In this document: positions 9,752 through 22,339 of the stretch, one piece after another
Position numbering within the stretch: the first letter of the stretch is position 1
Layout: every line of letters starts with the position of its first letter
Assembly: GCF_963921235.1 (NCBI RefSeq)
Contig: NC_086109.1
Coordinates: 31,188,001 to 31,252,000, forward strand
DNA from: Mobula hypostoma
Lineage: Eukaryota
Direction of reading: 5' to 3'
Length of the DNA stretch: 64,000 nucleotides
The notes under the pieces: model-generated
Database searches by the model: none
What the model was told of the DNA's origin: nothing
What the model saw: only the letters and a program-made list of their open reading frames with translations
Made by a program: the position numbers and the translations under genes

Positions 9752-12750
9752 TTGGGGGGTGGGAATCAAATTAAAGAGGCTAGGTGTGAGGAGGTTAGTT
9801 CACAACAGAGGGATGGGAACCAGTGCAGAGAGACAGAGGGGTGTAAAGTGAGCGTAGAAGCAAAAAGTACAAAGGGGAAAAGTAAAAGTGGCAGGCCGAC
9901 AAATCCAGGGCAAGCATTAAAAAGGACTAAGAGAGTTGTAAAAGAGCGCCTGAAGGCTTTATGTGTCAATGCAAGGAGCATTCGTAATAAGGTGGATGAA
10001 TTGAAAGTGCAGATTGTTATTAATGATTATGATATAGTTGGGATCACAGAGACATGGCTCCAGGGTGACCAGGGATGGGAGCTCAACATTCAGGGATATT
10101 CAATATTCAGGAGGGATAGACATGAAGGAAGGGGAGGTGGGGTGGCATTGCTGGTTAAAAAAGAGATTAACGCAATAGAAAGGAAGGACATAAGCCGGGA
10201 AGATGTGGAATCGATATGGGTAGAGCTGCGTAACACTAAGGGGCAGAAGACGCTGGTGGGAGTTGTGTACAGGCCACCTAACAGTAGTAGTGAGGTCGGA
10301 GATGGTATTAAACAGGAAATTAGAAATGTGTGCAATAAAGGAACAGCAGTTATAATGGGTGACTTCAATCTACATGTAGACTGGGTGAACCAAATTGGTA
10401 AAGGTGCTGAGGAAGAGGATTTCTTGGAATGTATGCGGGATGGTTTTTTGAACCAACATGTTGAGGAACCGACTAGAGAGCAGGCTATTCTGGACGGGGT
10501 TTTGAGCAATGAGGAAGGGTTAATTAGCGATCTTGTCGTGAGAGGCCCCTTGGGTAAGAGTGACCATAATATGGTGGAATTCTTCATTAACATGGAGAGT
10601 GACATAGTTAATTCAGAAACAAAGGTTCTGAACTTAAAGAGGGGTAACTTTGAAGGTATGAGTCGTGAATTAGCTAAGATAGACTGGCAAATGACACTTA
10701 AAGGATTGACGGTGGATATGCAATGGCAGGCATTTAAAGGTTGCATGGATGAACTACAACAATTGTTCATCCCAGTTTGGCAAAAGAATAAATCAAGGAA
10801 GGTAGTGCACCCGTGGCTGACAAGAGAAATTAGGGATAGTATCAATTCCAAAGAAGTAGCATACAAATTAGCCAGAGAAAGTGGCTCACCTGAGGACTGG
10901 GAGAAATTCAGAGTTCAGCAGAGGAGGACAAAGGGCTTAATTAGGAAGGGGAAAAAAGATTATGAGAGAAAACTGGCAGAGAACATAAAAACGGACTGTA
11001 AAAGCTTTTATAGATATGTAAAAAGGAAAAGACTGGTAAAGACAAATGTAGGTCCCCTGCAGACAGAAACAGGTGAATTGATTATGGGGAGCAAGGACAT
11101 GGCAGACCAATTGAATAATTACTTTGGTTCTGTCTTCACTAAGGAGGACATAAATAATCTTCCAGAAATAGTAAGGGACAGAGGGTCCAGTGAGATGGAG
11201 GAACTGAGTGAAATACATGTTAGTAGGGAAGTGGTGTTAGGTAAATTGAAGGGATTGAAGGCAGATAAATCCCCAGGGCCAGATGGTCTGCATCCCAGAG
11301 TGCTTAAGGAAGTAGCCCAAGAAATAGTGGATGCATTAGTGATAATTTTTCAAAACTCGTTAGATTCTGGACTAGTTCCTGAGGATTGGAGGGTGGCTAA
11401 TGTAACCCCACTTTTTAAAAAAGGAGGGAGAGAGAAACCGGGGAATTATAGGCCGGTTAGCCTAACGTCGGTGGTGGGGAAACTGCTGGACTCAGTTATC
11501 AAGGATGTGATAACAGCACATTTGGAAAGCGGTGAAATGATCGGACAAAGTCAGCATGGATTTGTGAAAGGAAAATCATGTCTGACGAATCTCATAGAAT
11601 TTTTTGAGGATGTAACTAGTCGAGTGGATAGGGGAGAACCAGTGGATGTGGTATATTTGGATTTTCAAAAGGCTTTTGACAAGGTCCCACACAGGAGATT
11701 AGTGTGCAAACTTAAAGCACACGGTATTGGGGGTAAGGTATTGGTGTGGGTGGAGAATTGGTTAGCAGACAGGAAGCAAAGAGTGGGAATAAACGGGACC
11801 TTTTCAGAATGGCAGGCGGTGACTAGTGGGGTACCGCAAGGCTCAGAGCTGGGACCCCAGTTGTTTACAATATATATTAATGACTTGGATGAGGGAATTA
11901 AATGCAGCATCTCCAAGTTTGCGGAAGACACGAAGCTGGGTGGCAGTGTTAGCAGTGAGGAGGATGCTAAGAGGATGCAGGGTGACTTGGATAGGTTGGG
12001 TGAGTGGGCAAACTCATGGCAGATGCAATTTAATGTGGATAAATGTGAAGTTATCCACTTTGGTGGCAAAAATAGGAAAACAGATTATTATATGAATGGT
12101 GGCCGATTAGGAAAAGGGGAGGTGCAAAAGACCTGGGTGTCATTATACACCAGTCATTGAAAGTGGGCATGCAGGTACAGCAGGCGGTGAAAAAGGCGAA
12201 CGGTATGCTGGCATTTATAGCGAGAGGATTCGAGTACAGGAGCAGGGAGGTACTACTGCAATTGTACAAGGCCTTGGTGAGACCACACCTGGAGTATTGT
12301 GTGCAGTTTTGGTCCCCTAATCTGAGGAAAGACATCTTTGCCATAGAGGGAGTACAAAGAAGGTTCACCAGATTGATTCCTGGGATGGCAGGTCTTTCAT
12401 ATGAAGAAAGACTGGATGAACTGGGCTTGTACTCGTTGGAATTTAGAAGATTGAGGGGGGATCTGATTGAAACGTATAAGATCCTAAAGGGATTGGACAG
12501 GCTAGATGCGGGAAGATTGTTCCCGATGTTGGGGAAGTCCAGAACGAGGGGTCACAGTTTGAGGATAGAGGGGAAGCCTTTTAGGACCGAGATTAGGAAA
12601 AACTTCTTCACACAGAGAGTGGTGAATCTGTGGAATTCTCTGCCACAGCAAACTGTTGAGGCCGGTTCATTGGCTGTGTTTAAGAGGAAGTTAGATATGG
12701 CCCTTGTGGCTACAGGGGTCAGGGGGTATGGAGGGAAGGCTGGGTTCTGA
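9752..12750 (+). pseudogene. CR1 ORF2 (APE endonuclease + reverse transcriptase), one frameshift near 12128 and FADD changed to FAED
   Basis: NARSIRNK, GITETWL, MGDFN, SDHNMV (APE); NYRPVSLTS, QHGF, LDFQKAFD, GVPQGS, FAED (RT); split into ORFs 9752..12160 and 12157..12750. Confidence 0.95.
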
Positions 12751-13494
12751 GTTGGATGATCAGCCATGATCATAATAAATGGCGGTGCAGGCTCGAAGGG
12801 CCGAATGGCCTACTCCTGCACCTATTTTCTATGTTTCTATGTTTCTATCTGTATATAACTAGGGTGGCTAAGACTTTTGCACAGTGTTTGTTAACGTGGA
12901 GCAGAGAGTGAGCTTGTAAATCTGGCAGGAACCAAGGATATTGGGAATAGCAAGGGTGGTGTGCTGCGAGAGCCATGTGGGGCAGGTGACAGGGAAGGAG
13001 TGCCAGGATGGAGGGTGATGTGGGTGCCGACATACCCAGTCCTGAATCATTAGGCACCTTAATGGGGATCACTGCAATGCAACTCTACAGTATATATGTG
13101 CCTAAGACTTTTGTACAGTCTTTTGTAGTTAAATATACAACAGTATTACTGCTAGTGGTGCTGTCATAAATAATGTATACTGCTCGTAGCAGAGTGAGGA
13201 TGAAGTTCTAATATTTATGGGGTTCCTGAGAAAAAAATATCAACAAGTTCATTGGTCAGTATTCTTTTAATAACTCTATTCTACATTTCTAATCAGTTTC
13301 AATTTGCTTTGAAGTTAACTAAATTGACTTGAATCTTACTATGGAGTAAAATATACAAAATATAGTTTTGTTCTACAGAGTAATCTAAACTGAGAGAGGA
13401 AATTATCCACATAATAATAAATAAATACAATTTGTTTCTAACCTTGCTTGATACCTGGAGAGGTTTGTTTGTCAGCTTTGTGCAGAGGGTATAT

Positions 13495-13965
13495 AATTAA
13501 TATATATATTAAATAGATAGTGCAAAAAGAAAGCAAAAATAGTGAGGTAGTGTACATGGGTTCATTGTCCATTCAGAAATATGATGGCAGAGGTGAAGAA
13601 TCTGTTCCTATAACATTGAGTGTGTGCCTTCAGGATCCTGTACCTCCTTCTTGATGGTAGCAATGAGAAGAGAGCACGTCCTCAGTGATAGGGGTCATTA
13701 ATGACAAATGCCACCAGTTTGAGGCTTCGCCTTTTGAAAATATCCTCTATTCTGGGGAAGTCAAATGCCCATGATGAAGCTGGATGAGCTTGCAACTTTC
13801 TGCAGGTTGTTTTCCAACCTGTGCAATAGCCCCTCCATACCAGGCAGTTAGCATGGTCTCCACAGTACATCTGTAGAAATTTATCAGAGTCTTTGGTGAC
13901 ATACCAAGTTTCCTCAGTTAGCTAATGAAATACTGTATATCTGCTGTCATGCCTACTTTGTAATG
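13495..13965 (-). mobile_element. Rex1/Babar LINE 3' ORF2 fragment
   Basis: Minus strand: ...FKRR.LK..AF.INDPYH, then FSLLPSRRRYRILKAHTQ, FFTSAIIFLN. Confidence 0.8.
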
Positions 13966-14069
13966 GGGTTTCTGCTGAGGTTAAGGGATGGAAATTTACA
14001 TATTGAAGACAAATCAGGAATTGAAGAGGACAGTTCTGCACTCAAGCAGGTGATGTATCTCTGGAATTC

Positions 14070-14327
14070 AGCAATTCAGGAACAGCTTCTCCCTTCTACC
14101 ATCCAATTTCTAAATAGACTTTGAACCCATGAACACAACCTCACTACTTTTTTAATTTCTGTTTCTTTTCACTAGTTATTTTAACTTAACTATTTAATAT
14201 ATATACTTGCTGTGATTCAGATTTTCTTTCACTATATTTATTTATCATGTATTTCATTGTACGGTTGCCATAACAGAAACAAATTTCATAATGTATACCG
14301 GTGATATTAAACCTGATTCTGATTCTG
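14070..14327 (+). mobile_element. Rex1/Babar 3' end inside an old CR1 3' fragment (about 13975-14545)
   Basis: FRNSFSPSTIQFLN, ATTAAA and a (ctgatt)n tail. Confidence 0.7.
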
Positions 14328-15626
14328 TATTCTGCACTGGGGGTGGGGGGGTGGGGGTATGGGTATGGACTCTAGGTCAGTGGGGTTTTCAGAGGGGAAG
14401 TAGGTCATGCAATCCAAGGCAATATGAACTGGTACAGAAATATAGGTGACGCCTGATGTAAATCATCTGTGATCATATTGAATGACAGAGCAGGCTTGAG
14501 GAATCAAGTAGAATACTCTTGATCCTATTTTCTTATGTCTTTATGACCACAATTATCTCGGGGCTATAGGTTATACTCAAGATCAAATTGCAGGGGTTGA
14601 ACTGGAACCACTTTGGGAGGGGTGGGAGTTGGGGCTTGATGGAGAAACAGGTGCGTAAGCTTTCATGTCTGAACTATAAACAAAGAAAAGGCATCTTGAT
14701 TGTGCCTCATTTGCTTATGGTTGCCATTATACATGCCCAGGTACTTCTGTATGTTAACGTGGCTGATCTATAGAGAGCCTTGGAGGAACAATGCACAATT
14801 TGCAATCTGTGCAATATATCAAGAGTTGACTTTATGGAGCATTATATCAAACAAGGTCAATCACAAATTGACTGTAAGCGGTGCAGCAAGCATTGCAAGC
14901 TCCAGGCTTAAACATCTTCAATATAAGAATTGCAAATTAATTACAGAGAAGAAATGCAGCATTCTAATTAACTACTCTCATCAAGCTAAAGAATAAAAAC
15001 AGAAGGTGCCACGTTAATAGTTAGAGATTAAAACTTTCACTCAAGTATGCATTGAGAAAGGTGAAAATAATTCCAGCAATGTTCAAAATGCAAATTGTTG
15101 GATAATATTGGTAAGAATCTGAAAAGTGCAATCTCTTAACTCAGTAACTCATGGGGAGTTGCTGCTATGTAACCCTTAGGTCACATAGTATGACCATTTG
15201 TCACCACATTCGTCACTCTGTATTACTGACTGATGGAATAAAGAGCAAGGATGATTGTGATTGTAGCAACCATCTTATTTCAATATTTTAGAGATTGGTG
15301 ACTCTTCCATAATGAATCATTTTTTACTTCAACAGCTGAGTCACAAAGTTAGCCAACCATTGAGCACCACTGAATTGCTAATTGTATTGTTTCATTGATT
15401 TGTAGATGATGAAGCCTGAGATAGTTTGTATCAACTCTGTGAATGGAAACACAAATAGACTTTCTTTGATATAATATGCAATGTATAATGAACTACTAAT
15501 GCCATTAGTCCATTAGTCGTGGACTGTAAGTTCAGGATTGGCTGGTTTTATAACAGATACCCAAGTTCTGTAATTCTTTTAATTTTCAGCTCAGATATGG
15601 AACTTGATGTGACATTCACTGCTATG

Positions 15627-15843
15627 TACATACATCTATTGATGCTTCTGGACGCATCTTCAGTGATGTTCCTGGAATCATCGGGTGTTTCGGGTCTTTC
15701 AACATCATATAACCTCCTCCAGGTGACCCAGCCGGGGCTGATCAGACCCCAGCTTGTGTCCAGATGGCTAGCTACTTCTGACTCCATGGTTCCCCTCTTT
15801 TGAGCCACAGCTATCTTGAGGCCCTCTCTGCCGCATCGGTCAG
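15627..15843 (-). mobile_element. HERO-like (R2 superclade, RLE-type) retrotransposon 3' end
   Basis: Minus strand TDAAERASR*LWLKRGEPWSQK*, then 3'UTR with hairpin agctgggg..ccccggct and tgatgttgaaagacccgaaacaccc, as I recall for fish HERO elements. Confidence 0.65.
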
Positions 15844-16071
15844 ATTAATATTAGAATTTTCTTACAAAATAATCAGAGGGTCAAAAAATCTTTAGAGTAG
15901 AGCAATGTGAGAAATCTCAGATAGAAACAGATGATGCTAGAGATATACATCTAGTTAGGTAATTGTGTACACAACAAATGGTGGAGAAACAAAGACTATC
16001 TGGAGAAGCAAACACAGTGATTTTATTAAGTTTAGGGGCAGGCCTACTCTTAGGGTCAAATGGCTTAGTCT

Positions 16072-19000
16072 TAGAACATTAGACCATAAGACATAGATGC
16101 AGAATTAGGTCATTTCACCATTCAATCATGATCCTTTTCTCCCCTCCTCAACCCCATTTCCCAGCCTTCTCCCCATAACCTTTGATGCCATACCCAATCA
16201 AGAAACTATCAATCTCTGCCTTAAATACACCCTACAACCTGGCTTCCACAGCTGCCCGTGGTAACAAATTCCACAACTTCACCAGCCTCTGGCTAAAGAA
16301 ATTTCTATGCATCTCTGTTTTAAATGGACACCTCTTTATCCTGAGGTTGTGCCCTCTTGTCCTAGATTCTCCCATCATGGGAAACATCCTTTCCACATTC
16401 TGTCTAGGCCTTTCAACGTTCAAAAAATTTCAATGAGATCCTCCCTCATCCTTCTAAATTCCAGTGAGAACATACCCAGAGCCATCAAACGTTCCTTATA
16501 TGTTAACCTTTTCATTCCTGGAGTCATCCTTGTGAACTGCCTCTGGACTGGCTCCAATGACAGGACATCTTTTCTTAGATGAGGAGCCCAAAATTGTTCA
16601 CAATACTCAAGGCGAGGCCTCACCCAGTGTCTTATAAAGCCTCAGCATCACATCCCTGCTCTTATATTCTAGACTTCCTGAAATAAATGCTAACATTGCA
16701 ATTGCCTTCCTCACCACCAATTCAACTGCAAGTCAACCTTTAGGGTGTTCTGCTCAAGGACTCCCAAGTCTCTTTGCATCTCAGATTTTTGGATTTTCTC
16801 CCCATTTCAAATTAGTCTTCACATTTATTTCTACTACCAAAATGCATGGCCTCGTATTTTCCAACATTGTATTTCATGTGCTACTTTCTTGCCCTTTCTC
16901 CTAATCTGTTTAAGTCCTTCTGCAGCCTTCCTATTTCCTCAACACTACCTGCCCTTTCACCAATCTTTGTATCATCTGCAAACTTTTCAACAAAGCCATC
17001 TACTTCATTATCCAAATCATTGATACACAGCATAAAAAGAAGCGGTCCCAACACCAAACCCTGCAGAACACCATTAGTCAATGGCAGCCAATGAGATATG
17101 GATCCTTTTATTCCCACTCACTGACCCCTAGCAATCAGCCAATGCTCTAAGCATGTTAGTAACTTTCCTGTAATACCATGGGCTCTTAATTTGGTAAGAA
17201 GCCTCATGTGTGGCACCTTGTCAAAGGCCTTCTGAAAGTCCAAGTATACAACATCCACTGCATCCCCTTTATCTATCCTACTTGTAATCTCCTCAAAGAA
17301 TTCCAACAGGTTCGTCAGGCAAGATTTTCCTTTAAGGAGCTATGCTGACTTTGTACTATTTTGTCCTGGGTCACCAAGTACTCCATAACCTCATGCTTAA
17401 CAATTAAATCCAACATCTCCCAACCACTGAGATCAGGCTAATTGATCTATAATTTCCTTTCTGCTGCCTTCCTCCTTTCTTAAAGAGTGGAGTGAGATTT
17501 GCAGTTTTCCAGTCCTCTGGCACCATGCCAGAGTCCAATGATTGTTTTAAAATATCATTTCTAATGCCACCACAATCTCTAATGCTACCTCTTTCAGAAC
17601 CTTAGGGTGAAGTTCACCTGGTCCAGGTGACTTATGTACTTTTTGGTCTTCCAGCTTTTTGAACACCTTCTCCCTTGTAATAGTAACTGCACTTACTTCT
17701 CTTCCTTCACATACTACAACATCTGGCACACTGCTGGTGTCTTCCATAGTGAAGACCGATGCAAAATACTCATTTAGTTCATCTGCCATCTCCGTGACCC
17801 TCGTTATTATTTCTCCGGCCTCATTTTCTAGCAGTCCTATGTCCACTCTAATTTCTCTTTTATTTTTAACATACTTGAAAAAGCTTTTACTATCCACTTT
17901 GATATTGTTTGTTAGCTTGCTTTCATATTTTACCTTTTCCCTCCTAATGATTCTTTTAGTTGCTCCCTGTAGGTTTTTAAAAGTTTTCCAATCCTTTATC
18001 TTCTCTCTGATTTTTGCTTTGTTGTATGCCTCTCTTTTGTTTTTACATCAGCTTTGACTTCCCTCGTCAGTCACAGTTGTACTATTTTGCCATTTGAGTA
18101 TTTCTTCATTTTTGGAATACATCTGCCCTGCACCTTCCTCATTTTCCCAGAAACTCACACCATTGCTGCTCTGTTGTCACCCCTGCCAGCAGCTGCTTCC
18201 AATTTACTTTGGCCAACTCCTCTCTCATCCCACTATAATTTCTAAGAATCCACTGAAATACTGCTACATCAGACTTTACTTTCTCCCTATCAAATTTCAA
18301 GTTGAACTAAATCATACTGTGATCTTTGGCTTCTAAGGGCTCTTTTACCTTAAGCTCCCTAATCGTCTACAGTTCCTCTCATGGCACCCAATCCAGTATA
18401 GCTGATACCCTAGTAGTCTCAATGACAAACTGCTCTAAAAGGACATCTGATAGGCATTCAACAAACTCACTCTCTTGAAATCCGTTACCAACCTGAGTTT
18501 TCCAATCAACCTGCATGTTAAAATCTCCCATGACTATCATAACATTACCCTTTTGACTTGCCTTTTCTATTTCCTGTTGTAATCTATGGTCTACATCCTA
18601 GCTACTGCTGGGAGGCCTGTATATAACTGCCATCAAGGTCCTTTCACCCTTGCAGTTTCTTAACTCAACCCACAAGGATTCAACATCTTCCGATCTGATG
18701 CCATTCTTTACCAGTAGAGCTACGCCTCCCTCTCTTCCTACCTTCCTATCCCTCCAATACAATGTGTAACTTTGAGCATTCAGCTCCCAACTACAACCAT
18801 CCTTCAGCCATGATTCAGTGATGGCAACGGTGACAACATCGTACCTGACAATCCGTAATAATGCAAAAACATCATCCACCTTACTTCTTATACTCCGGGC
18901 ATTGAGTTATATCACTTTGGGTGCTGTATTTGCTACCCTTTTTGATTTTGTATCCCTAATGCACTGACACTCATCTTGCTGGCTACAATTTTGCTCTATC

Positions 19001-19770
19001 ATCTGCCTGCTCTTCCTGTCAGTCTGACTACACATTATCTTTGCTTTTTACCATCTGTCCTATCCTGAATCCCTTCATTGTAGTTCCCATCTTCCCCAAC
19101 AAACCTGCCCGCAAGCATATTGGTCCCCCTATGGTTCAGGTACAACCCGTCCCTTTTGTACAGGTAATACCTCCCCCAGAAGAGATTCCAATGATCCAAG
19201 AACCTGAAGCCCTGCCCCCTGCACCAGCTTCTCAGCCACACATTTATCTGCCAGATCATAATGTTTCTACCCTCACTAGCATGTGGCACAGGTAGTAATC
19301 CAGAAATTACTATCCTGGAGGTCCTGCTTCTCAGCTTTCTAGTTAGATCTCTAAATTCTCTCTTCAGGACTTCATTGCTTTCCCTCCTATGTCATTGGTT
19401 CCAATATGTACCAAGACATCTGGCTGCTGTCCCTCCTTCTCTAACATGCTGTGGACGCAATTGAGATGTCCCTGACCCTGGCATCTGGGAGGAAACAAGC
19501 CATTTGGGTGTCCCATTCACATCCACAGAATCTCCTATCTGTTCCTCTGACTATAATTTCCCTACCACTATCGCGCCCCTCTTTTCACTCTTTACCTTCT
19601 GCACCATGGACCCATGCTCAGTGCCAGTAGCTGGGTCTTCGTGGCATTCCACTGGGAGGTCATCCCCCACAATAATATCCAAAACAGTATACTTATTTTT
19701 GAGAGAAATGGCTACAGGGGTGCTCCGCGCTAACTGCCTATTCAGATTTCCATTTCTCTTTGCTCCCAAT
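16072..19770 (-). mobile_element. CR1 LINE, long decayed copy (ORF1 esterase, EN, RT, 3' tail)
   Basis: ORF fragments 19551..19769, 19035..19289 (DGLYLN.RGT), 18598..18879 (AITESWL), 17118..17306 (LDFQKAFD), 16881..17117 (KFADDTK), 16232..16623. Confidence 0.93.
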
Positions 19771-19989
19771 TAATTGGTTAATGTGTTCAGACTGAACATT
19801 TCAGGATGATAGCCTTTCAGCACAGCAGTTCCAATGATGAATCATCAAGACCATAACACCATAAAACATTAATAGGAGAATTAAGCCATTTGGCCCATCA
19901 AGACTGCTCCGTCATTCCAACCTGCAAAGTTAACCTCTGTTTCTTTTGTTTGATTTGCTGAATATTTAGAATACTTATTTTATTAATTT

Positions 19990-20669
19990 CTTTCTTTCTT
20001 TATTAAGCTTTTTATTGATTTAAAAGGAGCATAAATACAATCAAGAGGAGAATTATCTCAAATATATATATATATCAGTAACAATATAAACCAAGATTAA
20101 GATAGATATTGTCAAAATCATAGCTATTATTAAACTAGTATAAAATATATAATAAAAATGAAAATAGCAATTGTCCTTTTATCAGTTTATGAAGAGAAAA
20201 GAAAAAAACATTGAGTTTTAAATGAAGAGAAAAAAAACCCACTGCACTATATATAAAAAAAAACAAAAAAAAAAGGGACTGGGCAGTCCATTTTGAGGAT
20301 ATGACCAAAAAAAAAGAAAAAAAAGACTTTCTGATCAGATCTAAAACTTAGAAAAAAAGATTGAAAGAGTAATAAATCAAATTAAATGAAAATATTGGAT
20401 AAAAGATTGTCAAATTTGCTCAACTTTAAAGGATGTATCAAATGTCCATCTTCTTATTTTCTCTAAACTTAAGCAGGACATAATAGAGGAGAGCCAATAA
20501 AAGACCATAGGTGGATTAGAATCCTTCCACTTCAATAAAATTTCTCCCCCAGCCAGTAAGGTCGAAAAGGCTATCATACGTTGGGTGAAAACAGGAATAT
20601 TTCCTGCTTCCGATGGGATAATCCCAGAAATTGCCATCAGCAAATTAGGTTGAAGATCCAGATCCAAAA
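19990..20669 (-). mobile_element. L1-clade LINE 3' end
   Basis: ORF 20410..20667 (IAFSTLLA...ILLKWKDSNPP...WLSSIMSCLSLEKIR), T-rich 3'UTR, AATAAA, A-rich tail. Confidence 0.85.
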
Positions 20670-21154
20670 CTTACTTTCACTTTTAATCTTTTTATTAATT
20701 TTCAAATTCATAAACATAGCAAAAATACTAATACAAAGAGATTGGGATTACATTATTGGTAATTGACATATGCAAGTAAAAACTACAGATAATACAAGTA
20801 TATTTGGCCTCCCAAACTCTTAATATAATTAAACATGATAAAAAGAAAAATGAAAAAAAAATCAAGAAAAAAAACCCCAAAATAAAAAAAAACTAAACTG
20901 AACCAAAAACTGAACTAAACAAAACTAAACAAAGCTGGGCTATTATATTACGTCGAATACAATCATTAATGTCGTTAACTCTGCTCCTCTGTCCATATAT
21001 TTTAAATTAATAAAAAGGATTCAGAAAAGGTCAAGCTACATCATATGAAAGTGTGGAATAAATGGCCTCCAAGTCTCTTCAAATTTAACCGACGGATCAA
21101 AAGTGATACTTCTGATTTTTTCTAAATTTAAACAAGATATAGTTTGGGAAAAAG
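20670..21154 (-). mobile_element. Second L1-clade 3' end (different subfamily)
   Basis: Minus strand SQTISCLNLEKIRSITFDPSVKFEETWRPFIPHFHM; AATAAA at about 20692-20697. Confidence 0.85.
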
Positions 21155-21649
21155 TTTTATTAATTTAATTTGCCAAAAAAATGTCCACTTGGAAAACAAT
21201 TATCTATCCCATATCTTTTGTCTGATATTCTGTAATAACTCATTCTGATAACATCAAATGAAAAGCTCTTTTTCATAAGAATAATGATGCATTAAAAATA
21301 TTCCTTATTTGTTTTCATAGCATGAGCCTGTTCCTATTCCATTAATGCATTCAGTAGTGGGCTTATAAAACATTTTTGATTGGAGTACAGTACCAGTTCA
21401 TCTCCTCCAAATAATCTGATTTCAAGTGACTGAAAATAGCTGGAAAAACTATCAAAGGTTAACTAAATGTTACATTGATGTGGCCAAATGCTCAGCTTTA
21501 TTTCCCCAAAAATAAACCAATGTAAGGCTTTTAAAATGTATTAGTGCCTAAGTACCTGAAAAAGACCAGATTTTAAAAACCACTTTGCATGAATGAAACA
21601 TTGTTCAATAAGCAGAAAATCAGAGTTGTTGCATTAGCAATCAATTCAA

Positions 21650-21945
21650 GGGCTACATGTGGTAGAGTGGTGCAGGGAGTAAAGCCACTGCCTCATAGCA
21701 TCAATAAATGGAGTTCAGTCTTGCCTCTAGTCTGTACATTCCCCCTGTGCTCGTGTGGGATTCCGCAAGGTGCTTAGATCCCAAAGAATATGGATTGGTA
21801 GGTTATTTGGCCACTGTAAGTAACTCCTAGTGCATAGATGAATAGCAGAGCTAAAGATTAAAAATAACAGGGTTAATATAGGATTAATGTAAACGGGTCA
21901 TTAATAGTCATACTTGAGGCTGAAGGACATGATTCCAGTACAAAC
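21650..21945 (+). mobile_element. Decayed V-SINE
   Basis: tRNA-like head (gtggtgcag..gctgcctca-like, ggagttcagtc), V-domain cgtgtgggattcc..ggtgct, ggttatttggccactgtaag. Confidence 0.6.
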
Positions 21946-21964
21946 TCAGATTTTCTCTGGAATA

Positions 21965-22295
21965 CCAAAGAGATTAGAAATTTATAAAATGATGAGAGAC
22001 GTAGAAAGGGTAAACAGACAGAACCACTTTTCCCAGAATAGAACTGTCAAGGGCACACCTTTTTTATGATCGGGGCATGTTTAAAGGGAATATGCATTAC
22101 ACTGAGTATGCTAGATGCCTGCAGCATGCAGCCAGGGGTGATGGTGGAAGTAGATATGATAGTGGAATTGAAGAAGTTTTCAGTAGCTGCAGGAATATGC
22201 AAGGAATGGTGAGATAATGATCATATGCAGGCAGAAGGGGTTAGTTCAATTTGGCATCATGATCTAAAGAACCTGTTCTATGTTCTATGTCTATG
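21965..22295 (+). mobile_element. Old CR1 3' fragment
   Basis: LEIYKMMR...FPRIE; tail ttctatgttctatgt. Confidence 0.65.
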
Positions 22296-22339
22296 TGGTA
22301 TCTCTCTGTGACTCTAGGAAGAGAGGTGTGAGTTCAAGA

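Larger units (their letters stand above)
9459..12846 (+). mobile_element. CR1 LINE, 5'-truncated within ORF1, with near-intact ORF2
   Basis: ORF1 C-terminus, ORF2, 3'UTR and (ctatgttt)n tail; candidate 4-bp TSD atct at 9455-9458 and 12847-12850. Confidence 0.97.
9431..13125. mobile_element. Tc1-derived MITE split by a CR1 insertion (left part 9431-9458, right part 12847-13125)
   Basis: TA|cagaactgtacaaaactgttagtca on the left; the inverted motif (c/g)ctaagacttttg(c/t)acagt occurs twice on the right (about 12865-12885, 13098-13119), followed by TA. Confidence 0.6.

Noticed and set aside
10090..10866. 258-aa minus-strand ORF (also 3696..4031, 4013..4330, 11665..12069, 12051..12368)
   Set aside because: Antisense shadows of CR1 ORF2; no independent protein features.
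9752..12160. 802-aa ORF as an active or domesticated gene
   Set aside because: 5'-truncated element, FAED at the catalytic site, frameshift, near-identical sibling copies.
15695..15735. Hammerhead in the HERO-like 3'UTR (tgatgttgaaagacccgaaac)
   Set aside because: Lacks the CUGANGA core and a convincing stem II.
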